From NCBI GenBank assembly GCA_030141605.1, contig JAQGDQ010002372.1, positions 310,001 through 374,000 of the forward strand: DNA of 64,000 nucleotides, written 5' to 3'. Below, in pieces: positions 26,073-39,992 of this stretch (position 1 is its first letter; each line of letters opens with the position of its first letter). The position numbers and the translations under genes are program-made. Source of the DNA: Tubiluchus corallicola. Taxonomy: Eukaryota > Animalia > Priapulida. The notes under the pieces were generated by a model. It searched no databases and was not told where the DNA came from. It saw nothing but the letters and a program-made list of their open reading frames with translations.

Positions 26073-27261
26073 TGCATTTACATTGAAGGTAAAAATTGAA
26101 ACGTTTGTTTCTCTGCTCTGCTAAGAAGCGCGCTTACAAAGTTAAAACGTTCTTAAAAATAATTATTCTAAAACGCACGCGTTCAAACTTCTGTAGAAAA
26201 GCTTGGTTGTTTCTAGGGGAAGATTTGATGTGTTTTTCTTTGTGATGTAAGCAAATTGGGGTGCTGAGGTAGAATTTCCATTTTCAGAAGCAAAAGGCTA
26301 TTAAAGAAGCGTTGCTTCTTTTAATTCAATAATAAATTGCCTCACGTAGTAACGTCTATTTTTATGCAAATCGCCCCCTAAAAAGATTAGTGCGTAAAGG
26401 GGCTACGTACGCCAGCTCCTAAAAACATAGAACTACAAGTAATTTGTTTGTGGTACATTTGCTAACGTTCTTTTTAAAGGCGTGAAATAACAATGTTCTG
26501 GTAATTCTAAAATTACCAGACGAAAAATGATAGATGTACCAGCTGCTACTGATCTGCGTTTTGCATAAGATAAAATATGATGGCGATAAAAGGTTTAAGT
26601 AACAAAAACAGCAAATTTTATCACCTATAATTATGCTGTCACTGTGCCTGTACAGTTTTTTGGTTCAGTTGTCACGTATAATGACAAAAATCGCTGTATT
26701 AGCACAATTGCATATATTTAGTATAAGCCTATAACAAATTTTAAAGCACAAGATTATAAAAATACGGAAACTAAAAAAAATTCATGGGGTCATCGGAGAC
26801 AGTGTTTATAGTGAGCTTCCATTTTACAGTTTTCTGAAATGCAGGCTGGCTGTTCGTCTAACAAAACTTCTTCCAAAATCTTCAACACTAATTCAAGCGT
26901 CACTTAAGCTTGAAAAAATATCGGATAGATTGGGACACTCGTAGATTCCTGGAAGATGTTGGCTTCTAGGAAATCTAAATAATCCCTTATATAATACCTA
27001 CCGGGAAAATCGTTGGAGGAAGAAGAAACGCAGTTTATCCTAGTCTTCATCCATATATTTATTAAATGAGACTAGCTCTGTTTAACTTAAGCCTTTAAGC
27101 TGGCTATCATTACCACGTATACTCAGATATTTTCTGACTTTGAAATAAATATATCGTGGGAGACAGAATTAAAATTTAGAATAGCAAAAACCGTTCAAAA
27201 ACATTTTATGCGCGAACGATGAACTATACAAGTAATGTGGTTATTGATTACATTCCATGTG

Positions 27262-27525
27262 CATAATTTCTCATTATCCCCTCGCAACAAAATTGCATGA
27301 GAGGATATAGTAATGCCCTCTGTTTGTAGCTGTCTGTCCATCCAAGTGTGCGTCCGTTATTCCGCCATTTGCTTTGTGGACAAATTTCAAGCCAAATCCA
27401 TAAGCAAGCCGTCGACTTTAATTGGGGTCTCAGTGTCAAAGGTCAGAGTCACAGGATCTATTGCACATAATAGTACGACGGTTCGTTGGGAGGAGATGGT
27501 CGCTTTGCGGTCCATGTTTACTTTG
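27262..27525 (+). mobile_element. Helentron-associated (HINE/DINE-1-like) short element
   Basis: Imperfect hairpin ttatcccctcgcaac..gcatgagaggatatag, followed by GTCY-type repeats and tcaaaggtcagagtcac. Confidence 0.5.
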
Positions 27526-28636
27526 CTGTATTGTTGAGAGAAGCCATTTGCTGACCATTGTAGAAATGTAGAAACGTTTTCAAAAGTAGCGTTTTGTAAT
27601 AAGCCATAGAAATCTCTCCAAGAAACCCGTACTTACAATTTCGCAAAATATATTTGAGCAAAATTTTGAAAACGTCGGTTGGCTGAGATCACTAAAACGT
27701 CGGCAGCGGGAAGTAAGCTAATTAATAGTGTCTTATTCAGTATATGTGCAGTCAATAATTCATTCAAAAATATATTATATTATTATTATTATATTAAAAT
27801 TATTAATACAAATTAATTAATAACAATATTTATTCATTAATAGTTTGCCATTCAGTTAGCTGGTCACCCATCAATAAGCAGCCAGTAACTGACATTTCTG
27901 GCATAAAAAGTAATAAAAAGGCCAAAGATTCACAGTAATTTAGTACTTAGCATTCTGTTACCTTAAAATGTTTGTGCTTTCCCTATAATTATTAATTATG
28001 GCATAAACTTATGCTCTTACACTTTGTCAAATTTTTTTATAGCATTGCCTATAGATCTAATGTATTTGGCCTTGCATATTTCATTCAGTGAAAGCCTCCA
28101 TGAATATAAAAAAAATATGTACCTCTTAGTTATTAAAGCAGTTTCCTGAGGCAGTCAAAATATTTCATCTGGTAAATACTACAAGATTTACTAGTGCACA
28201 AACACAGACACACAAATATATTCATTTATTTCTTCCTACTATAACAAATCACAAATTAAAGAAATACCTAAACCTCAAATTGAAGCAAAAAGCAGACACC
28301 TTTTATTTAAATCAACACTGTTTAGCATATCAGAATATTTTAATGCTAATTAGTCAACAATATACAAGTCTATGTTATTAGCTTAATTTTATAGTAGACT
28401 TTACTTGAATTGTACATACGACTAGAAACATTAAAACAGACCCAGTGAATTGTTACTCGTTGGTAAATTAAAAGAGCCACTAAACAATTATAAGAGCAAG
28501 TATTTCAATGATAAAATTATTTCTACACTATAAATGCAAATATGATGCATACAGCAAAACCACAGTACAAGATTATGCAAGAATGTAAAAATGTCTAGTT
28601 ATCACAGTTTTCTTTATCTTTCCAATGTTTGATTAT

Positions 28637-28892
28637 TCATTCTGCAGAGATAAAAAATTGCTGGAACTTTTTGAAGTTGATGAGGTTGTCATCATAATCG
28701 GTGCATTGTGCAATAACCTGAAATAAATTTAATATTATTTATAACTAACTGTTTCTGATGTTGGACAGTAAACTGTACTCCATCCTTGATCAAGCCTGGC
28801 AATGTACTGTTGTTCAATCATAAGTGCTATGCTATGTTAGTGTATTTTGCTTTATATATATATATTTATGTATATATATATATTTATATATA

Positions 28893-28925
<33 letters not shown>

Positions 28926-31900
28926 CAAGTATATAATACTTGTATGTTTAAGAACATAAAAGTACCAGAAAACAAACATCTTGGTTATCATCACCGAGTT
29001 TTCTTCCTTTTGGTCAAGTAACAATCCAGCAAACAAAGATATGAGTGATTTAATTAGTCAGAATCAATAATTTGTGAATTTTTACAGATCATGCTAACAA
29101 TTAGTTCTATCAAGACATGTTTCTAGGTTTTTTTGATGACTCAGCCATTTTTAATAATTAAAGGTGTTTTTCCAGCATGTTTTTCATGCGTGTACTATCT
29201 TACACATGCATTATGCAAGTACGTATCTCTTTAGACATTTTCCAAAGTTATGCAAAAGAATGAGTTTAAAACAATTTTTTAAAATATTTACCAAATCCAG
29301 TATGTCATCGTCCAAAGGAATATTGGCACGTCGACAAAGGACTTTCAGCTCATTTTTCTCAATGTAGCCAGATTTGAATCCACTCCTAAAAGAACAATTT
29401 ATACCAATCAAACTTTTATCTTAACAGATTTGCCGTCATTAACACGTACATATACTTGCTTGTGCCAAATGCTTGTGTTGCCTCGACCGAACAATATGAC
29501 TTTTTTGCACAAAATATCAAACACCAAAATACCAGTTTCTGGTGTAATGGTAAAAAGTTACTGCAAGGCTTATAATTAAAGCACACTTATCAACACTGTT
29601 TACTTTGGAATTTCAAACTTAATGCTTTCCTCTTACATAGTTGTAAACACTTATGAAAGTTCAACTCTATGGCTCATTTAATTAGCCTTGTTAGCCCATA
29701 CTGCCCAGGCTTAATTACCTATAATTATCTGCATTTAAAAACTCCTTTTTCAAAGCATCTTTCTGCATTGAACACCACTGTTGTAGCATTTTTTGAACAC
29801 GATTCAGCAACCTTTCTGCATCATCATCTTTTCTGAAATGTATAAATCTATAAATTTAACTATATTAAATTTAATCATCCTATGCAATATGCATAGGGAG
29901 ATAAAAGATGTTCATTTTAAATTTGTGAGTTAAAAATTGCAGCTTCTGACACCAGTTTTATTGCATTTTACACAGACTACAATAATATTATCTACATATA
30001 ATATATGTGTTATATACAGACAGGATAATAATCTCGAATGCAAAAAATTCAAAAACTTTTCAGGCTATTTAATCTTAATAGCTGTTTCTCTAGACAACCT
30101 GATAATGTACCAACTTGAATTCAAAATATTGCTATCAGTGTGCAACTGGAAAAAGTACGAAAAGTAGGGTATGAATGAAACATACATTTATTCACAGATG
30201 CCAAAAAAAATGTCTCATCAACTTAAGAGCACTAAGTGAACTTATACAGCTTGCTCAATAAGTGCTAAATGAGTCTCAGAAGCTTTTAACCATGTAAAAT
30301 AAAACTAAATGTCTTTATGTATTTAATTTTCCATAATGCCTTAATTCAAATACACTGAAAAGGCCATAGCAAACTAACAAATTATCAACAGTTGAATATT
30401 ATTGAAACAATCATGTTCAAAATACAACTACATTTAACACAGTTCCAGATTATCTTGTACTTACTTATATGCAGTAGACCCTTGAGAAGTTGGCCCTTGT
30501 TTCTCCAAATGAGCTTTTAATGACAGCACAAGAGACGCTATTAAAAAATACAGCCAGGAACTTTAAAATATTGAAAAATCTTACCAGAAGGTAAAAAATA
30601 ACAAAGTAACTTTAAATAAGTATGAGATGAAATAAAACTGTATGAATAGATACCAATTTAATTTCATTCACTAAAAAATGAAATTTGCAACAACACAATG
30701 TTTGATTTACGCTTTTGTAAAGATGAAATATTATGGTATTAAATTTTTAGAGTAAATGCAGTTTGCAGTAAATAACTTAGGCAGCAGAATCATAGATCTT
30801 TGTGAGTTGCATTCTAAGCTTGGATGATCCTTTCTTTAACACACAGACATGTCAACAAACTAGGCTATTACCATGCAAGCTTTAAATTGTATTTACCCGG
30901 AAATTTGTCCTTGTGTAGCTCTACATATTTTACTACATATTCATCAACATCAACAATTTTGAAGCGATTGTTGAATACAACTATTATGCTTCCAATGTCA
31001 AAATCCTGAGGTCCATAAAATTCAGGATTTTGCACTGATGATCCTGGCTTTTGAAGCCTTGTTCGTTCTAAAAATTTCCCTGAAATTTATTTAAATGGAT
31101 TCAAGATAAAATGCTATTATGATGACATTGAAAAGTTTTTTACCTGATAGTAGAGACAACAGATATATGAATGAAAAACAAAATGTACATAGTTGTAGTT
31201 GGATGTTTTAGCCTAAAAATGACTGTTTCACATTATTTTTCACATTCTAAGAGTGTGCATATAACTTACCTCCAAGAATTCCTGAGTTTCTCACAGGTGG
31301 TTCATATATTGTGACCATGTCATCAGCAAGTCGGTATGAAATAACGAACCTTCTGTTTTTGTCCTCTTGCTTGACTGTATCCTAATCCATGAAAATATTA
31401 ATATTAATTCACAAAGATAGGGCAAAAAGTTGTTTTAACAACTAAATTCGAATATGTAACTCAAAAACAGTACGGCATGCATTTCTCGCTAAAATTTCTG
31501 AAGTCCAGATAAAAATGAATCTAATGACAACAAAAGAAATTAAGCACTATATCAGCAATATTACATTTATCAAATACGTACAACATAACTGAAATGGTAT
31601 AAAAGAACTTACCAGAATTGCAGCATAACGCAAGACATTATGGTCATTTTGCAACATCTTAACAACGTCTTTCTTGGGTGGTTGAGGTATAAGTGACAGA
31701 CATGATTGCAAACTATCTTCCACTGAGCCGAAACCAGTGTAAGGTGGTACTTCCTAAAGAAAATGTGAAAAAAAAATCAGAAAAAAATATGACTAAAAAT
31801 TATTGAGGTTTTTATATCAGAACATTTTAATAATAATAATAATAATAATAATAATGCATTCTTAAATCAGGGAAATCAAAATCTCGCTAGATACACTTAT

Positions 31901-34900
31901 AATGGTAATATGGATAGCTTAGTTAAAACACGTGAATTTTTCATATGAAAAATATATGTACAGAGCTGTTATTCAAAGAAATGAAAATTGTGATGGTTGT
32001 AAATGTTTGTAAATTGAGAATGGCTTGTTTTGTGTACAGATATACAAATAATTTACTACCAAATACCTTCCAGTAATTTCGAATAGAGATTGATGTTCTT
32101 ATAAAACAAAACTGCTAAACGATTGTCATTTTCATAAATGTAGAACTAATGTAAAATTACAATTGCTGATGTGTAGACAAATTATGCAAGGAATAGAAAA
32201 CTATTAATATTAATCAAGTTACTATGGTCTAGTCCCTAGGCCATTTCTTACCCTAGAAAAATTGTTTATTTTTGTTGACTTTTTTCAGCAATAGACCTGG
32301 ATTTTAATGTGTATCAAATAAAAGCCCTGTTAGATAGTTCTATCTTGGGCAAATATGGTAAAATGTGATAAATAGATAGCATACAAAACAACAAATTCTA
32401 TTGTTAATGCATTAGAAGAACATGCATTCCTGCTTCGTAATGGTATTATGTAGCACACATCTACCTTCTTCACTACACGTTTCTCTTGTCCGATGATCTT
32501 CTCTCTATCTATTGGTGTAAAATCTGAGATGTCAAAATGTGCTTTATAAAAATCACGAGTATATGCATCGCAGTCACAAATCAAGAACCTAGTTAGGAAA
32601 TATAATTTATGCCATTAAAAGAAGATTTCATTACGTTGTTCATTAAGTTATAGTAGTTCATTAATTATAGTTTCTCTGATGTATGCATGTAACTACTTAT
32701 ATTAGATCATATCGTAGCGATGATCTAAGCAATATGATTGCAACAATAATTATTATTGTGCAGGTCTTCATTAAAACCCTTTCAAAACTGCTCAACCAAA
32801 ATGGTTACACGTAGCATTTTAAGAAAAAAAAAGAAAAGTGCGCACATACACAAACTTTCAATATACCAGGACATTCTCATTAACTTTAAAAACCCTTACT
32901 CAAAAAAAGACAGCTGGAGGTGTGGTTGTGTGTGGAAGTTTTAAAAATGCTGACATTACATTAGTGCATTTAGTCCTGAAGACACAACCCACACCTTTAA
33001 ATCAAAAAAGTCATGTATGGATTCACAACCATCCACCTTTAAATAGTTAGTGCAAAAAAGCCGGCCACTAACGAATGTAGGTAAAAATGGCAACAGAAAA
33101 AATGGCACGGTAAAAATGGCACAGAATGAAAATCACACAGGAAAAAATGGCACACTTAGTAAAGTATGCGCTTAGGGTTAGGGTTACAGTGGGGATAATT
33201 ATTTTAGTTATTTTTACCTCTGCCAAAGAAGTTACTTTCAACACAGTTTGTTTGTTTGTTTGTCTGTTTATTTGGTTGTCTTTTGTCTGTTATGGTAATA
33301 AAAATATTACACAAAAACTATCTGACAGTTTTCCAAGAAACTCTGTGAACAAAAGTGGGCATAGGGTACTGAAGTTGGAATCTTTTCGTCGGTTCTTTTT
33401 TCTCAAAGCTTGACCGAACACCATATACAAAAAAACATTTGTGGAGTGCTTCATGGGGTCTTGGAGGGAGTGTTTAGTACTTCTTTTTTGTTATCTCCAC
33501 TGGACACACAACTACGAGTTAGTTCCAGCTGCATTTTGAAAAATTCTGTCTTGTAAAACTGTGTACCACACTGCACCAGAAAGTCACTTTCACACTGCAC
33601 ACTGTCTATACCATTGGCTTATTAGTGTGTATAGGCTTATAAGGTAATTTGGTATGTATATATTTGTCAGTCTATTACCATCGCCAAAATTAATGGTGAA
33701 AAGTTGGATAAACACCATGTGGAACACTCGTGCATTATTGACTATAAATCCATTTAATGAAAATTTTTTCCTGTTCCATTTTTACCTGAGCTATTTTTTC
33801 CTGCACCATTTTTTCCTGTGCCATTTTTACTGTGCCATTTTTACCCATGCCATTTTTACCGCATATTGGGTACTAACTAATGACTATCTCGTTAAGTCTT
33901 TAAGAAGGAAGTTTCAGAAAAGGTGACAAAATAATAAACATTCTAGAAGATGATAGTGAACACTTTTCTGAAAAGACTAACTGTTTCACGTCATTTTTTA
34001 TTTTTCCTGATACTTTACAGGAACCATTATGAGGTTATAGGCCATATATAAACACATTATTTCATTTAACCTCCAAAAGCATAATTACTTTCTGCCATAA
34101 ATGACAAGAGAGTCCCCAATGCGAAAATCTTTTGGTGTGTACCACTCAGAAATGTCACTATCTGTCACCTCCATTGCTATGGTGGGAAACAATGCTGTAA
34201 TTAGAATAAAGAAGTACATCAAAAACAAAAATTAGACACTGGTAATTAGTAATTTTAAGAAAACACTGAGATGTTTAAGCAACAAGTATTGGCTTACATG
34301 GAAGTTTTCCTCTGTTTTTTGCAAGTTTTTGCCTTCGCATCAGAACTGGAAAAGGGTCCCTTCCATTATTTGCTGAATGTTGTTCTCTAATTTCTACTGT
34401 GTCATCAACTAAATAGTACTAAATAGAAAAGAACAATAAATAAGAAACAAGTAAAATTATATTAAATGACATTAAATGAATGCCCACTAGTCCAAAGCAA
34501 TTTTTGTTAAATCAAGATGCATTACATAGACAAAAACAACAAAATTTCTCTTGAATTTAATTAGGTACTACCTTACAGAACTATCACATGCATGCAACAT
34601 TTTTTAATTAAGCTATATTGAAACTTATTAACTTACATGAAGAACACAAGGTCGTACTTCGCCAAACATGCTATCCCTATCATCCCAAACACAATAAAAT
34701 CGTAAAACTTTTCTATCCAATTCCAGAAACTGACGAGTTTTATCAAATGTTGAGGGTGTTTTGTAGTTAGCAATAGCAGTTCTCTTTGCACGTGCTGTTG
34801 TATATGGATCATCTGGGATCAGTTCAGGATCATTGAGTTCAATGCCCTCACTTGCCATGAATTCCTGCAAAAGCCGCACTAATAAAATGGAATAGTAGAC

Positions 34901-37900
34901 AACTTTTTACAGGTTTGCTTAATTAGTGTAAACTAAAGACAGACGATTCACTAATGATTGAGTATAAATGGAGAATCAGCGAGTCTCTGTGAGGTCTTAA
35001 AATGAATAAGATTAATTGTTCAAACTCCTACATAATACAAGATGCTCCCACATGGAGTAGGCAGTTGAGAGTGTAATGACAAACCACTTACAGAGCAGCA
35101 AAGATTTCCTAAAACGAGAGAGATTTATGGGGTGGCTTGCAGCCTGTCAATGAAGTTCAAACTACAGAGTCTGTGAGCGCATCCAGTGAAATTCGCGGGG
35201 TCAAAGCCTAGACTGCGAATGCGTTTTTATGCCATTCAGAAAATTTTGGAAGATTTAGGTACTCTTATAACTTATAAATTTTTACAGATCATCTGAAAAT
35301 GTCCAAGTATAATTTTAAATTTTATGACAAAGTCCTCAAACCCTAGACTTTAGGTTTTAGAAATTTCTAACACCAACAAAAAGCCAAAATCTTCGTAAGG
35401 CATCAGTGAGTAGCGTGGAGGGCTTCTTGACCTTGCAAAAAGCATTGATCTAATGACTGACAATGATAATAAAGTTTCCTTGTGTGACTAATTATTAGTG
35501 ATTATTAGTTATAATGTAAAGTTACACGAATTTTTATTTTTGTATTGCATTTCTGGATCACAATTTCACAAATCTTAAATATGCTAACATTTATCATATC
35601 ATATTAACTATCGTACTTCTGCTCACATATAACAATTTCTGATCATATTACATTGCCATAATCACTTAAATGCACATTCAACAACTCTATGAAATGACAC
35701 TTTCAGTAGCTGATGTTTGAAACCTACAAGTCTCAAAAAAAATCTCCAAGATCATTGCAGGCTTTTGCTTGTTTTTATAAATTGACAAAATAAGAAGTCT
35801 GCATAAAATTTCCATGATTTGTGAACAAAAAAAGTTATTATTTTAACAGATGTATCAAAATAATCCTATTTCATGTGTTCGTCAAGATTTACAAATGGTG
35901 GCAAACCCATTAATCAGAATTGAAGGTTTTAGCTACATTAGCCAGTGCTCAAATTGAGGGTGTATGGGGGTATACAATGTGTATATTATTGAAAAAGTAA
36001 ATGCAAGCAAAATTGAGTGCGAGTAGAACACACAATAAGACAAAATGAAAATGATAAATGAATGGTTATCAATTACCCATAAAAATTACCAATGAACTAT
36101 TGCTCAGATTTTAGATTTTTAGGTTTAGAAAATAACTTTTATTATATTTGTTGACCAAAACATGTAGCGAAAATGAGTTATAAAATAAGCGGAAAACTTT
36201 CTTACGAATACTCCCACATACCTTTCGGCTCAAAATACCCTTAAATGGTGTAAAATGCATTAACAACCGAAGCACTGCCACAAACTCTGCTGGGGAGACC
36301 CTATGCAGAGATCGGAAAACTCGGGCAAAGTGACAATTTTTTTAATTTTAATCAAGTTTGCTTATTCAAGTTCGCTTATTCTATTAACATTTTAAATGTG
36401 AGAGAATAACATGCTGGCCAGCAGAGCGGGATAACACTTGCAAATGTGGATGGCACACACACCGAATTGGGGTGTCTTGGTACATAGAAACTTACATGTT
36501 AAAATGTACAAGAAAATCAATGGTTTTCACATAGACAATCCCTAATGCTGTATCTCCAGTAAAATGTGAAACAGCTGCAAAATCCTGCAATTTCAGACAT
36601 GAAGATTTTACCAGACACAGATGAAACATGATGGAGTTAGGAAAGCACAGAAAGAGAGGAATCGGGCAAAATACCTTTGTCCAACCATCGCAGTCAACAA
36701 TATGAAACACTTTCCCATAAAAGACGACATTAATGCCAACATTAAAGTCTTTCCAGTGCCATGGAGTGCCGTCATCTAGTTTTGGAATTTTTTGTCGTTT
36801 TAACAACTTGCCCTGAAAATAAAACATTTGAATGTTGATGTAGTGGAAGTTCAGGGCAAATGAACAGAAAGGTGATTTTTGTAATGTAAGGATCAGGAAT
36901 AGTGTAACCTAACTACGTAAGAGCAAGCTTAACCCATTTACATTGAGGGCAATGTCTCTCTGCACCAATGTTAATTGAAAGTTCTTCCCTTAAATTTTCA
37001 GAACACTTCTCAGCTGGTTTAATTTTAGGAGTTTAAGATGACAAATCTCGGGACTCCACTCTAGCAACTGCTGCAATACACAGATTGGCAGTGCATGCAA
37101 AGCCAACCCTACCCAGCCCATTCCCGCAAAATGTTGCTCACTGACAGCAACTACAACATAAAATCTTCGACAATCCAAAAAAGCACAAAAATGCATACAT
37201 GTTTAGTAGCAATTTGTTAATTATTCCAATAATTGTTATAAACTTACCAGACTACCAGAAAATGCTAAGCAAATCACTTCAAAGAAGGATTCATTTATTT
37301 CATTTAAAAATATTAAGATTTTGTATGAAAGATTAAACATTGTTACCCTTTGACCAAAATGCTAGGCGCTAACAAAAAAAGACAATGGATGTACAAACGT
37401 GTTGTAAACTTATAGTTTTTTCATATACTGCAATAAAATTAGTTCATATGAAATTTATACATGATCAATCTAAGACTAAAGTCAGCAACAATATGGGTTT
37501 AAATGACATAAGGTACCCCAGCTATACTTTGTGAAAGGGTTCATCTCATATTCAATCTGATCCAGCAGCATATTTTTCTAAGTCTTTTTTTTGGTTTGGA
37601 GAAATAAATCTGACTCATTCTAACCTTTCCAGCCATTACATGTTGCACAATCATAAAATTCCTGTTTTATTGATAAACAAGCAGAATTAAAGCTAGTGCG
37701 GATGGAAAAAAGAATAAAAATAATACTAAGAATGTGCACTTGATTTTGATTCTCACAGTATAGTTCAATACATTCTCCAGCTATGTTTGTGAGTAACCTT
37801 TGTCAGCTTGTCAGTTGAAAATATAAAAGAAGCATTCGATTAGCCATTGCAACATAGATACACTAATTGATTTTTCCTAATCCCTCTATTACTTAAATCT

Positions 37901-39598
37901 TTCATTTCTTTTCTCATCACTTCAACATGGAAGAATTTTTTGCTTTTTCGCTTGTTTACAAAATTTAGTAAACAGTATGAAGTAGTTCACGACTGTAATC
38001 TAATTCATAGAATTACTAGACACAAACCAAGAGGCAAACCAAATATCGGCAAGCATAGTGTCAATTTTTTGTGCTAAGCATGTGGCGCCGTCTATTAATA
38101 AAAGAAAAAACACCATAACCTAACTGGTGGATACCTATTTTATAACGGTAGAGACTGTTCAATGTTCATTAAACTTTAATCACCTGTGGAATGCCACTAT
38201 TGATTACAGTGGGCTCATTAACGACAATGCTATCATCTTCCAGATAATAGTAAATGTTTACAGGGCGAATTCGCATTGTTTCCTCAGCAGCTTCAACAAC
38301 AGTTTCTGTGAAGTATGCATTAAATTTAAGAACCTAAAAAAATGAATTCAAACTTCAGCTCAAAAGAATATAATAAAATTAAGAATTATAAAGTTATTAA
38401 GTGGAACAAGGACTTTGAAATCAATATGGATTTATATGTCCAATATTGCAATTATCATAATTTAAAGGCAATAAAAGTTGACATGCTGGTTAAAAGAGTA
38501 AAAATGACTAAAAAAATCAATAGTCAGAAAAGTGGAAGACAAAAGTTATTTAAAAATTGTATAGTGTTTTAAAGAAAATACTACACGTCATAATACGTGT
38601 CACATGTAGTGAAACACATTACGTAAAACCTGAATAAAATGTACCTTTTTGTCAAATACGAAATGGGCTGGCAAGAACTGTGTTTGAGGAACTAACTGAG
38701 AAATTTGACCTGGCCCTGCTCTGTAAGCTGCTGCAGAACGTGGTCCTGCAGCTGAAAGTGTCTTTGTTGCCCTTGCACCAATTTCATACACATATTCTGG
38801 ATGCTCTGGAAGATTCTTGTCGGCTGCTTCAGATATAGATTTTGCTTTCAAAGGCTCACCACCAATGCCAGATTTTGGAGCATTACGCATTGGATACCCA
38901 TTCACATATCCAAGAGATTGTTGTCGATGAAATGCCATTTTCTAAAAAATTGGTCGTTGCAACTAATTATAAGAATCGGTGAAACTTGGGACTTGGCACA
39001 ATCAAAGAAACTTGCATACACATCTATTATATTGTAATATATACTACTAAGTGATAAACTGTTACAATGTTCATGAAAAACTGAACCAAATAACCAGCTG
39101 ACTACACAATCTTTTACATCATTACATACATGCAGAATGTTACCTTTATGCATAGGTGCACACTACACACTATGCATACTATGTAGTAACTACTAAATTA
39201 GTCAGAAGACCCATAGGCCTGCACAGACATAGTAAGCCTATTAGCATATTTTCATGTTTAAGATCATGATTGAAGCAATGGTAACAGATTAGTAGGCTAC
39301 TAAATTAGGAAAAAGTTTAGCGTTAAATTAAATAAAGACAGTGATCAAGTGTGAAGTGAAGCAGATTATACGAGTACACTACAATAATTGCAAGGCAAAC
39401 AAAAACCGAATCACTGTAAAACATCAATGAAGTATATAAATGTTAGTTACAACTTGAAGTTTTAAACTGCATGTGCTTTTGAAGAATTAACAATTTACAT
39501 AACGCCCGCCTTGTGGCATTTTGGAAATTTAGAAAAACAAACAAACTTACGCTAGGGTCTTTAAAACTGTAACCTGGCAGTTTTGGCATCTCCTCCAT
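28637..39598 (-). CDS. EFHC1: EFHC1 / Rib72 (three DM10 domains + C-terminal EF-hand), axonemal microtubule inner protein. 15 exons: 39598-39551, 38941-38645, 38333-38184, 36812-36675, 34864-34637, 34418-34298, 34194-34089, 32588-32465, 31753-31613, 31381-31270, 31079-30897, 30537-~30466, 29832-~29719, 29385-29292, 28717-28637.
   Basis: Motifs matching EFHC1: [39 protein letters not shown]; [12 protein letters not shown]; [23 protein letters not shown]; [18 protein letters not shown]; NGRDPFPVL; [16 protein letters not shown]; [33 protein letters not shown]. Exon phases are compatible and the ORF ends in TGA. Confidence 0.95.
28853..28925. repeat. (TA)n microsatellite, interrupted
   Basis: Direct reading. 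Confidence 0.95.
31828..31855. repeat. (AAT)n microsatellite
   Basis: Direct reading. Confidence 0.9.
33072..33868. mobile_element. MITE/foldback-like non-autonomous element with inverted arrays of AAAAATGGCAC, in an EFHC1 intron
   Basis: The left arm has repeats of ggtaaaaatggcac (33080-33155) and the right arm has repeats of gtgccatttttacc (33765-33862). A one-sided related array lies at ~23353-23408. Confidence 0.75.
33209..33490 (+). mobile_element. HINE/DINE-1-like element nested inside the MITE
   Basis: tttttacctctgccaaagaagtta followed by (GTTT)n/gtctgt repeats, the typical HINE layout. Confidence 0.45.
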
Positions 39599-39992
39599 GG
39601 TCGTCTTACTTTAGCTTATTGTCCTAAATTCCACGTGTTTCTTTATCAAATTTTGCAAATTTACAATTTTTGTCAAATTTTAAGTATAAAAGTGTGCAAA
39701 CAGCACTGCGACAACAGAATATTACTTTAGCTCTGTTGCCAATGACGCGTTTCTGTGTTTGTATAATTGACGTATGCTGGAACTCGGTGCGCATGCTCAA
39801 TAGATTTTAGCAGGCGGGTTGCCTTTGCTAGTTTGCCATAGTTAATGCTGGTGCAAGCGACCAAGCGTTAGGCTGACAAGTTTAACAGGTTGCAAAAGCA
39901 TAACCGTGTCGGCAATGGACGGATTGATGTTTTGATATCATGTTCATAGAGAAAAATCGCTGTTTAATTCCAATGAGAGTTTTTGTGATAAA
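39599..39992. promoter_or_regulatory. Candidate bidirectional promoter between EFHC1 and PHLPP
   Basis: Only 394 bp separate the two divergent ATGs. Imperfect RFX X-box-like sites: GTTGCCAATGAC (~39735), GTTGCCTTTGCTA (~39818), TTTGCCATAGTTAA (~39832). A TGCGCATGCTCA motif lies at ~39788. Confidence 0.7.

Noticed and set aside
26085-26290. IRF- or NF-kB-like sites near the RNase L-like start
   Set aside because: Only partial matches, as expected by chance in AT-rich DNA.
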